Counted from the stretch's first letter, positions 38,661-48,626 are shown. The stretch: DNA of 64,000 nucleotides from Ignavibacteriota bacterium (GCA_963801355.1 CAWDEM010000008.1:2048001-2112000), one strand, 5' to 3'. The notes: generated by a model from the letters alone, not told the origin. A program made the numbers and translations.

Positions 38661-40898
38661 ATGCGCATACGCCACGCTCTCCCCATCACCCTGATCGCAA
38701 TTGCCGCAGCAGCAGCGCTCAGCCAGACGCCCCCGCCACTTTCAACGGTTCTGCGCATGCACCATGGACGCCCGACGATATTCCTCAACCAGGAACCGGT
38801 CGTACCGATGATCTATGCCCTGACGGACGTGCCGGGCGGACGCTGGAGCTGGGAAGAACTTCCGCAGCACAACATCCGAGAGTTTGCCCGGCACGGCACC
38901 CGCCTTTATCAGGTTCATGTTTTCTTTGAACAGATGTGGATGGAGGACGGCTCCCTGGATATCTCCCCCGCACGCAGACAGATCCGGGGAGTTCTGGAGG
39001 CCTGTCCGGATGCAGCAGTCCTGATGCGCTTGCAGGTGACCGCACCGCGGTGGTGGATGCGCGCACGTCCGGAGGAATGGGTGCGTTACGCCGACACAGG
39101 CTACGATGAGGAAAGCGACATCGGGTTTCCACGCATCATAGAAGAGGATAATTTCCCCGTCCGGCGGGTCAGCATGGCTTCACTGCCATGGCGCACGGAG
39201 GCCGGCAGCACGCTCCGGCAATTCCTCCGCATGCTCGCCGCCACACCGGAGGGAAATGCCCTGGCCGGCATCCAGGTTGCCAACGGCATCTACGGTGAAT
39301 GGCACAACTGGGGATTCTTCAGAAATGAACCCGATACAAGTGTGCCGATGGCTGCAGCATTCCGGGCGTGGCTCAGGGATTCGTACGGCACGGAAACGGC
39401 ACTCCGTACGGCGTGGCATTCCCCCACAGCGACGTTCTCCTCGGTGTCCGTCCCGACGATGCGCGAACGAGAAACCACAGCGGGCATATTCCGCGATCCG
39501 GTGCGAGAGCAAAAGACGATCGACTACTATACCTGCGTGCATCAGCTCATTGTTGACAACATCCTGTACTTCGCACGCATCGTGAAGGAATCGTGGCCGC
39601 GACCGATACTCACCGGAACATTCTACGGGTATTTCTTCTCAATGTTCGGACGCCAGGCTGCGGGCGGTCATCTGGAGTTGCAGAGACTCCTCCGTTCACC
39701 CTCTATAGACTATCTGTCCGGCCCACAAGCGTACGAGCCGGAGGCGTTGAAACTTGGTGACCCGTTCCGATCCCGGTCGCTGGTGACGACAGTGAGACTC
39801 CACGGGAAACTCTGGCTCGACGAGAACGACACCGAGCCCACCATCCCGACCGCACGCGATCCTCGGCACGATCTCCTCCTCCGTAACGCGGTCGCGAATG
39901 TCCGGCGCAATACGGTGTCGCCGTACACCAGCGGCATGGGTCTCTGGTACTACGATTTTGGCGCTGCGGGCGTGGACCTCGACGGGTTCCGCTACAACAA
40001 TCGCGGGCCTTGGGGCAACTGGGACCATCCGGTCATCCAGGAGAACATCCGTCTGATGCGCGAGGAGTTCGAAAAACGATCGTCCGCCGACTACACGAGC
40101 CCGGCCGATGTTCTCCTGGTGTTCGACACACGGAGCTACTATCACACGGCGAGCCTGCGCGGAACCGACCCGGTCAGCGGTGCACTTGTCGATTATGTGT
40201 ACCTCGCGGCCAGGCGAAGCAGTGTGGCATGTGACGTCCTGCATATCAATGACCTTCCCGCGGTCGACATTTCCCGGTACCGCACTGTGGTGTTCGGCAA
40301 TGTGTTCGTGCTCTCTCAGGAACAGCGCGACTTCATCAAGACGCATGTGGCCCGTGATCGGCGGACGCTTGTGTGGTTCTACGCCCCGGGAATCTCGGAC
40401 GGATCTTCCCTCGATCCGGCACGCATCAGCGAGCTGACGGGAATCCGGGTCATCCCCGTGGCGATCTCCGGGCCGCCGGCAATCACCTGCACTCTGCCGG
40501 GTGATACCGCCTGCACGTACGTATTGGGGGACAAACAGCTCTCACCGCTTTTCTGTGTGCAAGATCCGGACGCGATACCCTACGGCCGATTTCGCGACAC
40601 GCCCAACGTAGCCCTCGCGCGCAAGGAATTCGGAGACCACTCGTCATGGTATATCGCCTTGCCGGGCAGAACCGTCGAACCGCTGCGCTCCATCCTCCGC
40701 TCCAGCGGCGCACACTGCTACGCCGCACAGGGGGAAATCGTGTACGCCGGCGGAGGCATCCTGGGAATCCACACAACTGTTGCAGGCGCACACACCGTTG
40801 TACTGCGGAATGGTTCGAAGGTATCGTTCAACCTGCCCGAAGGAGCATCAACCCTCATTCTGGACGCGGAAACGGGAGCCTTGCTGCTCCCGCAGTAG
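38661..40898 (+). CDS. Exported GH42-like (clan GH-A) putative glycoside hydrolase
   Basis: Signal peptide, YGEWHNWG, FRAWLRDSYGTETALRTAW (GH42-like), WLDEND, C-terminal trimerisation-like domain (LVWFYAPG). Confidence 0.65.
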   Translation: MRIRHALPITLIAIAAAAALSQTPPPLSTVLRMHHGRPTIFLNQEPVVPMIYALTDVPGGRWSWEELPQHNIREFARHGTRLYQVHVFFEQMWMEDGSLDISPARRQIRGVLEACPDAAVLMRLQVTAPRWWMRARPEEWVRYADTGYDEESDIGFPRIIEEDNFPVRRVSMASLPWRTEAGSTLRQFLRMLAATPEGNALAGIQVANGIYGEWHNWGFFRNEPDTSVPMAAAFRAWLRDSYGTETALRTAWHSPTATFSSVSVPTMRERETTAGIFRDPVREQKTIDYYTCVHQLIVDNILYFARIVKESWPRPILTGTFYGYFFSMFGRQAAGGHLELQRLLRSPSIDYLSGPQAYEPEALKLGDPFRSRSLVTTVRLHGKLWLDENDTEPTIPTARDPRHDLLLRNAVANVRRNTVSPYTSGMGLWYYDFGAAGVDLDGFRYNNRGPWGNWDHPVIQENIRLMREEFEKRSSADYTSPADVLLVFDTRSYYHTASLRGTDPVSGALVDYVYLAARRSSVACDVLHINDLPAVDISRYRTVVFGNVFVLSQEQRDFIKTHVARDRRTLVWFYAPGISDGSSLDPARISELTGIRVIPVAISGPPAITCTLPGDTACTYVLGDKQLSPLFCVQDPDAIPYGRFRDTPNVALARKEFGDHSSWYIALPGRTVEPLRSILRSSGAHCYAAQGEIVYAGGGILGIHTTVAGAHTVVLRNGSKVSFNLPEGASTLILDAETGALLLPQ

Positions 40899-40994
40899 GC
40901 GCCACAACTTTCAACCCACCGTCACGTTAATACTGGTAGACACCCTCCCCGAGAGGGGCGTTCCGGTAATGGAATCGGAATTCCTGGAGGCACA

Positions 40995-42191
40995 ATGCTC
41001 TACCATCTCAGCGGCAAAAACCTGACGGACGAACAACCCCTTCGTGTCGCATATTTTTCCGGGACGATGCGTCGTGGACAGGATGGAGTGACGCGCGTGC
41101 TGTACCGAACCATTGACGCACTCCATGACCATGGTATCAGAAGCATGTTTTTCTCACCCGTCGTTCCCGAAGCACGTGCCGCGGAAGCGGTCATGCAGCC
41201 CGTTCCTTCGGTGGCCTTCCCGTGGTATCCGGATTATCGGATTGCACTCCCCGGTTACGGCGCATTTGAAGCATCCCTGCAGCGGTTCCGCCCCGACCTC
41301 CTCCATATCCACAGTCCATGCCCTCTCGGCTGCGCCGCCGTTCACTGGGGAAGCCGCAACCACGTCCCTGTCGTTGCCACGTACCACACACACTTCGCCA
41401 GCTTTGCAAAGTACTACAAGGTGAAGGCGCTGGAGCTGTTCGGTTGGAACTATCTGCGGTCGCTCTATCATCCCTGTCAGCGGGTCTACGTGCCGTCCGT
41501 TCCGATCCTGCATGAACTTGCCACCAGGGGACTGCAACATCTCGCATTCATGCCCCACGGTGTCGACGCTGAGTCGTTCAGCCCCCGTCACCGGTCACGC
41601 CTGTGGAAAGATGCCGTTGCCCCGGGCGGGAAAAAGGTGCTGCTCTATGCCGGACGCCTTGTCTGGGAGAAGGATTTGCGGACTCTCGTTGGCGTGTACA
41701 ATCGTCTCAACGAAGACAGATCCGATTGGACTCTGGTTCTGGCAGGCGATGGACCGGTCCGCCGGGAACTTTCGGCGGCTATGCCGGAAGCGAAGTTTCT
41801 CGGGAGTCTCTCCGGTCGTGCACTGTCCGTCGCCTATGCCTCAAGTGACATTCTGGTGTTTCCATCCACCACAGAGACCTTCGGCAATGTTGTCATTGAG
41901 GCAATGGCTTCGGGGCTTCCTCCCGTTTGCGCGGCGGAAGGCGGGGCGGGCGGGAGCATACAGCACGGCATCAATGGATTTATTACCAACCCGCGCGATG
42001 CATCGGACATCGCCCGGCATATCGTCTTGCTGCTGGAGAATCCCGCACGACTTCGTGCGATGGGCAGAGCCGCCCGGGCATACGCGCGCACTCAGACATG
42101 GGAAGGGATTTTTGAGCGTTTGTTTGCGGACTACAGGAATGTCATTGCGGAATATCGGGAGGCAGAACGAAAAGACAAGAAGGCTGCCTGA
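40995..42191 (+). CDS. Glycosyltransferase family 4 (GT-B, MgtA/PimB-like)
   Basis: QDGV, ATYHT, GRLVWEK, FPSTTETFGNVVIEAMASG. Confidence 0.92.
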   Translation: MLYHLSGKNLTDEQPLRVAYFSGTMRRGQDGVTRVLYRTIDALHDHGIRSMFFSPVVPEARAAEAVMQPVPSVAFPWYPDYRIALPGYGAFEASLQRFRPDLLHIHSPCPLGCAAVHWGSRNHVPVVATYHTHFASFAKYYKVKALELFGWNYLRSLYHPCQRVYVPSVPILHELATRGLQHLAFMPHGVDAESFSPRHRSRLWKDAVAPGGKKVLLYAGRLVWEKDLRTLVGVYNRLNEDRSDWTLVLAGDGPVRRELSAAMPEAKFLGSLSGRALSVAYASSDILVFPSTTETFGNVVIEAMASGLPPVCAAEGGAGGSIQHGINGFITNPRDASDIARHIVLLLENPARLRAMGRAARAYARTQTWEGIFERLFADYRNVIAEYREAERKDKKAA

Positions 42192-42244
42192 TGGGCACGT
42201 CCCAGGTTTGAACTGAACTTAGTGCTCAACAAGTTGCAGGGGCA

Positions 42245-43117
42245 CTAGTTCCCCTCTGGACGTCGCATTGAGTCCAAACCCCTCTGCTGGATCAGATCAC
42301 GGTACGTGATGAGCCTCGCGCCCTGCCCCTCCAGGATTTGCCTGAACTCCCTAGTCAGCAATGCATTCAGCTCGGCGTGCCGGTGCCGGCTCATTCCGGA
42401 AAGCCCGACGGCATTCTGATCTGTGAGGGCGTTCATTTCCGGCGTCTCAAGCCCGATATGGAACACAAAGAGATTCGGCGCGCCGGATTTCAGTCCCGAA
42501 GCAAGGGTCAGGAGATTTTCGGCTTTCTTCTCCGGTGGTGCATTGTAGTATCCCCCGACATCCTCTTCGCCATAGTACCGGGAGATCGCAAGGCCATATT
42601 CGCGCGCCAGACGTTCCACTACTTCGCGCAATGCAATGGTGCTCACCGCCGCACCCATATGATAATCAAGATAGTCAATCCGTAAACCCGATTGCACCGC
42701 CCGTCCGATTTGAGCCCGTAGCTCCTTTTCCACTTCTGCGACAACGGGGTTATGGCTGAAGAGGAGGGCTCGTGACGGGAAAAAATACCCGCAACTGTCG
42801 ACGAGCGACGGTACTGCTTCTGCCCCCGCCACCGGTCCCCACCGGTACTCCTTCCACTCCGCGTTCAACGTCAGGTGGACGCCCACCGACACTTCCGGAT
42901 GCCGCCGCAGCAGTTCGACGGCCCCCTGGTACCACGGACAGGCAAACATCACCGAAGCCGAAAACGGGATCCCCGACTCTATGACTTGTTGCGCGGCGGT
43001 GTTGACGGTATGGCACATGCCGATGTCATCACAACGGATCAACACCGGTATTTCCTGAGCGGGCGTGGCGGCCGGCAAGAGGAATGAGGCAAGGATCACC
43101 AATCGCAGGCACATCAT
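42245..43117 (-). CDS. ChbG/HpnK (YdjC) family carbohydrate deacetylase with signal peptide
   Basis: RCDDIGMCH, GVHLTLNAEW, ELRAQI, LDYHMG. Confidence 0.88.
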   Translation of the reverse strand: MMCLRLVILASFLLPAATPAQEIPVLIRCDDIGMCHTVNTAAQQVIESGIPFSASVMFACPWYQGAVELLRRHPEVSVGVHLTLNAEWKEYRWGPVAGAEAVPSLVDSCGYFFPSRALLFSHNPVVAEVEKELRAQIGRAVQSGLRIDYLDYHMGAAVSTIALREVVERLAREYGLAISRYYGEEDVGGYYNAPPEKKAENLLTLASGLKSGAPNLFVFHIGLETPEMNALTDQNAVGLSGMSRHRHAELNALLTREFRQILEGQGARLITYRDLIQQRGLDSMRRPEGN

Positions 43118-43134
43118 ACGCAGACCTCGCGACG

Positions 43135-44562
43135 TTAACGGACAAGCATTATTCTATGCACAACCGAAGCTCTCCCCACTGAAAGACGGCAGAGGTACAT
43201 TCCGCTCGCCAATCCGGTGGCATCGAATCCTATGGTGTATTTCCCCGGCATCATCGGTGTATTAGCGAGCACCGCAACGACACGGCCAAGCATATCGTAC
43301 ACAACCAGGCTGACCTTCGTCCAATCAGGCCCTGGTACGCCGAATCCGATGGTTGTCGTGGGATTGAATGGATTGGGGTAGTTCACCAGGAAGGCTTTGC
43401 CGTTCTGGTCCGGTGTCATCCTCGCCGCCACACCTGTGACAAGGCGGTTCTTCAGCGCGGTGATGCGTTCGTAAGACGCATTGATGCGGTCTTCGGTGAT
43501 CCTTCCGGATTTGACGCTCTGTTCCAGCACGTTCACCACCCGTCCTGCCAGCGAGCGCCCCGAGCTGTCAAGATTCGTGTTATACACGAGTATGTCCACA
43601 CCTGCCTTGACAGCCAGCTCCATCGCCTCATCCAGCCCGTACTGGCCGGAGATTGCCTTCATACCCATCTCGTCACTGAACACCACCCCGCGGAAGCCGA
43701 GCTGGTTCCGGAGGACCCCGGTAATCGTCGCAGGCGACAACGTGGCCGGGTACAGCGAGTCCAGATGCGCGTTGTACACATGTGCCGTCATCACCGCATC
43801 AACGGCGTTATTCTCGAGCAGGCGCGTGTAAGGGATCAGCTCCGCGGTCGTCCATGTTGATGTGACATCGGTAAAACCGAGGTGCGAATCGGAGCTTGCG
43901 CTTCCATGACCGGGGAAGTGCTTGAGCGTCGTGCAGATATTCCGTTTGCGGAATTCATCGGCGAACCAGCCGGCGTGGAGCGCGACACTTTCGGGGTTCG
44001 CGGAGAAACTCCGCCCCAGGGCACCGATAGCCGGGCTTGCCGGATTCACATTGACATCCACAACGGGGGCAAGGTTGACGTTGATCCCTGTCTGCACAAA
44101 CCACCCCGCCATTGTACGTGCGACGTTTCTGGTGTTTGCCTCGGTGTTCGCCACCGTGCCCATCTGATAGGCGGATGGCGTAGCGGCAAAACCGTTTGAA
44201 GCGCTCAACCGGGCAACCTTTCCGCCTTCTTCATCAACGGCCAGGAGCAAAGGAATGGGCGAACGCTGCTGGAGTTCGGAGGTGAAGTAGGCAATCTGCG
44301 ACGGATTCCTCAGGTTATTGCTCCAGGTGAACATCAACACGCCTCCCACCAGCCCCCGGGACAGATCATTGCGCAACGTGTCCATGGACGGTGACGACAC
44401 CTCCAGCGAATCGCCGGTGGCGGTCACCATCACCATCTGTCCGAGTTTCTGGCGGAGGGAGAGCTGGGAAAGTGCCGAGTGCGGGGAGAGGCAAGTGAAG
44501 ATAATAATGCCAAGGATGAAAAGGAATGAACGCTGCCAGGGTACGGTAGTAGCAACAGGCAA
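43135..44562 (-). CDS. nagZ: GH3 beta-N-acetylhexosaminidase (NagZ type) with T9SS C-terminal domain
   Basis: DEEGGKVARL, APVVDV, KHFPGHGSASSDSH (NagZ signature), SDEMGM; tail NYPNPFNPTT...SGMYLCRL...RIMLVR. TTG start follows AAGGA. Confidence 0.88.
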   Translation of the reverse strand: MPVATTVPWQRSFLFILGIIIFTCLSPHSALSQLSLRQKLGQMVMVTATGDSLEVSSPSMDTLRNDLSRGLVGGVLMFTWSNNLRNPSQIAYFTSELQQRSPIPLLLAVDEEGGKVARLSASNGFAATPSAYQMGTVANTEANTRNVARTMAGWFVQTGINVNLAPVVDVNVNPASPAIGALGRSFSANPESVALHAGWFADEFRKRNICTTLKHFPGHGSASSDSHLGFTDVTSTWTTAELIPYTRLLENNAVDAVMTAHVYNAHLDSLYPATLSPATITGVLRNQLGFRGVVFSDEMGMKAISGQYGLDEAMELAVKAGVDILVYNTNLDSSGRSLAGRVVNVLEQSVKSGRITEDRINASYERITALKNRLVTGVAARMTPDQNGKAFLVNYPNPFNPTTTIGFGVPGPDWTKVSLVVYDMLGRVVAVLANTPMMPGKYTIGFDATGLASGMYLCRLSVGRASVVHRIMLVR

Positions 44563-44664
44563 ATCTGAAGTCCTTTACATAGTGGAGGCCTACCCTATCC
44601 CTCGATGGGGCAGGCGCACAGAACGCACCTCCTCCCCTCAGGGCTGTAGTTTAGAATCGCCAAA

Positions 44665-44693
44665 AATATACACCTTAGCCTCAGAATATGCAA
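44665..44693 (-). promoter_or_regulatory. sigma70 promoter TTGCAT-17-TATATT for nagZ-chbG
   Basis: -35 at 44693-44688, -10 at 44670-44665. Confidence 0.6.
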
Positions 44694-44701
44694 GCAATAC
44701 T

Positions 44702-46528
44702 TTAAGTTCCGGTTGGATTTTCCCTCGCGGGGGTCGCCCAGAGCCTGTTAATCACATAGAGGAGTACGCCGCCGCTGATCAGGAACACTGCGAGCAATGC
44801 AAGAGCATACTCCGTGCGTCCATACAGGAAATTTCCCACTGTGAAGAGGGACGACCAGATGACCGTGCATCCGGCCACCCATCCCAGCAGCGCCATCGGG
44901 ATGTTCTCCCCCCTCGATCCTTTCTCCGCCTTTGGGAACCCCAATTCTTTCCGGATGGCTTCCCACCCCGGACCGAAGGGGCGGACCTTCGTGTAGAATG
45001 CCCGCAGCGTCTCCCGGTTTGTCTCGGGCCCGAAGAGAGCGGTCAGGATCCAGCACGCGGACGTGAATATGACAGTAATGACGAGGCCGACGTGGGTGCT
45101 GACCCCCGCGCCATTTCTGTTGGCGATTAGCAACACGATGGAGACGAAAAATGAACTGACCATTGCCACCACCTCACTCCATGCGTTCACCCGCCACCAG
45201 AACCACCGCACGAGGTAGAGCAGCCCTGTGCCGGCACCGACCTGCAGGATGATATCAAATGCATCCTTTGCGCTTTCGAGGAAGAACACCATCGACGAGG
45301 AAAGGACGAAGAGCAAGATAGTGGCCCATCGTCCGGCGCGAACATAGTGCTTTTCATCCGCATCACGTTTAATGAAGCGGCGGTAGAAATCGTGGACGAG
45401 ATACGAAGCGCCCCAGTTCAGATGTGTCAGAATTGTCGATGAGTTTGCAGCGATGAGCCCGCCCACCATCAGACCGATGAATCCCACCGGCAGGAACTTG
45501 AGCATTGCCGGATAGGCAATGTCGTGTCCGAGCAACGTGGGGTCCAGGTTCGGGAACGCGTGCTGAATGTCGGAGAGTTGTGGATACACGATGATGGAGC
45601 AGAGGCCCACCAGAATCCAGGGCCAGGGGCGCAGCACATAGTGGGCGATATTGAAGAAGAGCACCGCGCCGAGGGCATCCTTTTCCGACTTTGACGCAAG
45701 CATGCGTTGCGCGATGTAGCTTCCCCCGCCGGGTTCTGCGCCGGGATACCAGACAGCCCACCATTGTACGGCGATCGGCATGATAAACACCGCCACCGCA
45801 ATATCCCAGTTGTTGGTGAAGTCGGGGAGGATATTCAAATAGTTCAGGCCGTTCGGCCCTTTCAGCACGGAGAGTTTCTCGACCATCCCGCTCAACCCGC
45901 CGACCTCGGGCAGCTGCACCGCAAAATAGGCCGCGGCGATGACCGCGGTCATCTTGATGAAAAACTGCACCATATCAATCACCAGCACTCCCCAGAGTCC
46001 CGAGTGGGTGGCAAACGCTACGTTGAGAAACCCGACTGCCAGGAGAGTCTGCCAGCGCTCAAGTCCGAACAGAATCCCCGCGATTTTGCATGCGGCAAGA
46101 TTGACCGTGGCCATGATCATACAGTTGAAGAACAGGCCGAGGTAGACCGACCGGAAGCCGCGCACAAATCCGGCTGCTTTGCCGGAATACCGGATTTCAT
46201 AGAACTCAAGGTCGGTCATGACACCCGACCTCCGCCAGAGACGGGCATAGAAAAACACGGTCGCAACGCCGGTCAGCACAAATGCCCACCAGACCCAGTT
46301 ACCTGCGACACCGTTGCGCCGCACGATATCCGTCACGAGGTTTGGGGTATCGCTGCTGAAGGTCGTTGCCACCATCGACAACCCGGCCAGCCACCACGGC
46401 ACCGAACGGCCGGACGCGAAGAACTCGGTGGTATTCTTGCCCGCACGTTTTCCGAAGAAGAGTGCCGGGAAGAAACAGACGACCAGAGCGACAACAACAA
46501 TGACCCAGTCAATGAGTTGCAGGTGCAT
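44702..46528 (-). CDS. Sodium:solute symporter (SSS)
   Basis: FFASGRSVPWWLAGLSMVATTF, YIAQRMLASKSEK, about 14 TM segments. Confidence 0.93.
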   Translation of the reverse strand: MHLQLIDWVIVVVALVVCFFPALFFGKRAGKNTTEFFASGRSVPWWLAGLSMVATTFSSDTPNLVTDIVRRNGVAGNWVWWAFVLTGVATVFFYARLWRRSGVMTDLEFYEIRYSGKAAGFVRGFRSVYLGLFFNCMIMATVNLAACKIAGILFGLERWQTLLAVGFLNVAFATHSGLWGVLVIDMVQFFIKMTAVIAAAYFAVQLPEVGGLSGMVEKLSVLKGPNGLNYLNILPDFTNNWDIAVAVFIMPIAVQWWAVWYPGAEPGGGSYIAQRMLASKSEKDALGAVLFFNIAHYVLRPWPWILVGLCSIIVYPQLSDIQHAFPNLDPTLLGHDIAYPAMLKFLPVGFIGLMVGGLIAANSSTILTHLNWGASYLVHDFYRRFIKRDADEKHYVRAGRWATILLFVLSSSMVFFLESAKDAFDIILQVGAGTGLLYLVRWFWWRVNAWSEVVAMVSSFFVSIVLLIANRNGAGVSTHVGLVITVIFTSACWILTALFGPETNRETLRAFYTKVRPFGPGWEAIRKELGFPKAEKGSRGENIPMALLGWVAGCTVIWSSLFTVGNFLYGRTEYALALLAVFLISGGVLLYVINRLWATPARENPTGT

Positions 46529-46545
46529 GTATCACCCCTTCATGG

Positions 46546-47409
46546 TTACTGCCAGAGCTTTCCGCGAAACTGTTTCCTCAGGGACTCCTCTACAACATCG
46601 ATATCGCCGGCGGTGGTCAGGTCAGGCACCGGTTCGGCGATGGGAATCGCCACCACCGACCCGGGAACCTCCCTGATCATCCTGCTGACCGCTACCGGCA
46701 ATTCCTTTTCACTGCGCACGGGGTCCATGGGAGCCTGCTCCAAAAACGGCAGGATCACGTCGCAGGCAAACCGCCAGAGATTCATGCTCACCCAGACTCT
46801 TCCATCCGGGCCGGTCACACGCGTGATCTGTTCCTCCGATGGCTTTTCGATGATCTCCACAAGCCTCCCCGACCCATCCTTCAACAGTACGCCGAACTGC
46901 CGGGCACGTGTGGATGAGAAACCAAGTGCATCACGATCGTACGCTATCAGTGCACATCGATCTCCCGTGTCGAGCATTTTGCGCAAGGCCGCGACGGAGT
47001 ACAGATTGTCGCTGTTACAGACCGTGCATCCCCGTCCACTCCAGTCCGGTCTTGACCGCAAGGCCTGCAGCAACGCATCAGCGGTACCGAGCGGTTTTGT
47101 TCGTCCAGCGGGAATCTTCTGAATCGCGTAGGAGATCTCGAGCGAGTGGAAACGATTGCCCCGGTCGGTGGTGCCATAGCGCTCACGGAATGCCCTGTTC
47201 TGCTCGCCCACCACCAGCACAACATCCCGATACCCTGCCAGTTCGGCATTCCAGAGCAGATAGTCCAGAAACGGACGTTTCCCTTCTCCCAGGCCGATGA
47301 GTGATTTCGCCGCGTGTGAAGCCTCATGCCCCGCACCGAGCGCGCTCATGGACTTCTTCATCCGTGAGGAAACACCACCCGCAAGAATGACGATATTGGG
47401 ACTGTTCAC
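46546..47409 (-). CDS. Sugar-phosphate nucleotidyltransferase
   Basis: ILAGGVSSRM, KPLGTADA, NSDNLY, IIEKP; GTGA overlap with the kinase stop. Confidence 0.88.
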   Translation of the reverse strand: MNSPNIVILAGGVSSRMKKSMSALGAGHEASHAAKSLIGLGEGKRPFLDYLLWNAELAGYRDVVLVVGEQNRAFRERYGTTDRGNRFHSLEISYAIQKIPAGRTKPLGTADALLQALRSRPDWSGRGCTVCNSDNLYSVAALRKMLDTGDRCALIAYDRDALGFSSTRARQFGVLLKDGSGRLVEIIEKPSEEQITRVTGPDGRVWVSMNLWRFACDVILPFLEQAPMDPVRSEKELPVAVSRMIREVPGSVVAIPIAEPVPDLTTAGDIDVVEESLRKQFRGKLWQ

Positions 47410-48521
47410 CGGCGGGATCCTCCGGCGCGGCCGGAATCATCACGCACACCTTCGTCCGTCCTCACAATGTAGGCCTGTCCTCCGGCCCGCTCAACGGCCG
47501 CGGCGACTTCTTCAGGGTGCTCCGGCGCGTATGCGAACATACATCCTCCCCCTCCCGACCCGTTGATCTTGCCTCCACAGGCGCCTGCGGAAAGGGCCGC
47601 ATCGAGCATGCGATCGATCTTCGGGGTCGAGATGCGCAGGACATCCCGTAGCACTGCCTGATGTTCCGAGAGAAGGAGCCCCAACCGGTGATGGTTAAGA
47701 GGGTGCGCTTGCAGCAGTTGCCGTGCAAGAGCGGTGATATCCCTGTTGCGCAATGTCCCGAGCAACAGAGCCGCCCGCTCCGGTGTAAGATCCCTGCTAT
47801 ACTGAATCAGCGACGGTTCATCGACCGTGTGCAGAGAGAATTCCGGATACCTTCCGGCCAAGCCGGCGGTGATTTCCAGGATCTGATTCTTGACACGCGC
47901 GAGAATTGCCGTAGTGTCTTTCGGCTCACCGGAGTCACCCAGGACGAAGGTCCGGAGCGGAACATCAAGGGGGGTGACGACGATCGAGGGGGCAAAATCA
48001 ATAGCCAGGATGCCCCCGAACGAGGTTGAAAAATGGTCCATCATGCCGCCGGGTTCCTTGAACTCGACCACTTCCGCTTCATGGGCAAGGCGGGCAATCT
48101 CCCTGGGTGGCAGGAGTACCGCCTGGTCGCTCATGCGCACCAGGAAGTCGACCCACGCCACGATGAGCGCCGACGAACTGGATGTGCCGGTGTTGATCGG
48201 AATCTTGCCGCGCACGGCGGCGCGGATCCCGGTGCTGTGCGTGTAGCCATGCCGGTGAACGACATTGACTGCGCTTCTCAGATAGTCGCGTTCCTTCTCG
48301 TAGTGCAGTGGACAGTCAAGGGGAAAAGACTCGCGACTCCGGATGTCAGGAAGGTCCAATTCCGCCCAGGGCCGTGCGGTGCGCACGCCTTCGATGGTGA
48401 CGCGGAGAGAGATGGCACAGGGGACGACGGGCAGATGCAGATAGTCCTGATGTTCACCGAACAGACAGATCCTGCCGGGTGCTGAGATGCGAAGGGATTG
48501 GGGGCGCGTTGGTGCGGACAT
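47406..48521 (-). CDS. GHMP family sugar kinase (galactokinase-like)
   Basis: APGRICLFGEHQDY, PINTGTSSSSA, GMMD, GGKINGSGGGGC. Confidence 0.88.
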   Translation of the reverse strand: MSAPTRPQSLRISAPGRICLFGEHQDYLHLPVVPCAISLRVTIEGVRTARPWAELDLPDIRSRESFPLDCPLHYEKERDYLRSAVNVVHRHGYTHSTGIRAAVRGKIPINTGTSSSSALIVAWVDFLVRMSDQAVLLPPREIARLAHEAEVVEFKEPGGMMDHFSTSFGGILAIDFAPSIVVTPLDVPLRTFVLGDSGEPKDTTAILARVKNQILEITAGLAGRYPEFSLHTVDEPSLIQYSRDLTPERAALLLGTLRNRDITALARQLLQAHPLNHHRLGLLLSEHQAVLRDVLRISTPKIDRMLDAALSAGACGGKINGSGGGGCMFAYAPEHPEEVAAAVERAGGQAYIVRTDEGVRDDSGRAGGSRR

Positions 48522-48531
48522 ACTGCAGGTG

Positions 48532-48560
48532 AATGTATCGGAAGAATTATGGATTGTCAA
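48532..48560 (-). promoter_or_regulatory. sigma70 promoter TTGACA-17-TACATT for kinase-nucleotidyltransferase-SSS
   Basis: -35 at 48560-48555, -10 at 48537-48532, ATG 10 nt downstream. Confidence 0.75.
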
Positions 48561-48600
48561 GAAGATTCATGGGCAGGAACCGGGCATGTTGAACCGAGCA

Positions 48601-48626
48601 GGGACCGGTCTCCGGAGCCGGTCTTC
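48601..48626 (-). terminator. Hairpin immediately after the serA stop
   Basis: GACCGG...CCGGTC stem enclosing the palindrome CTCCGGAG; weak U tract. Confidence 0.35.
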
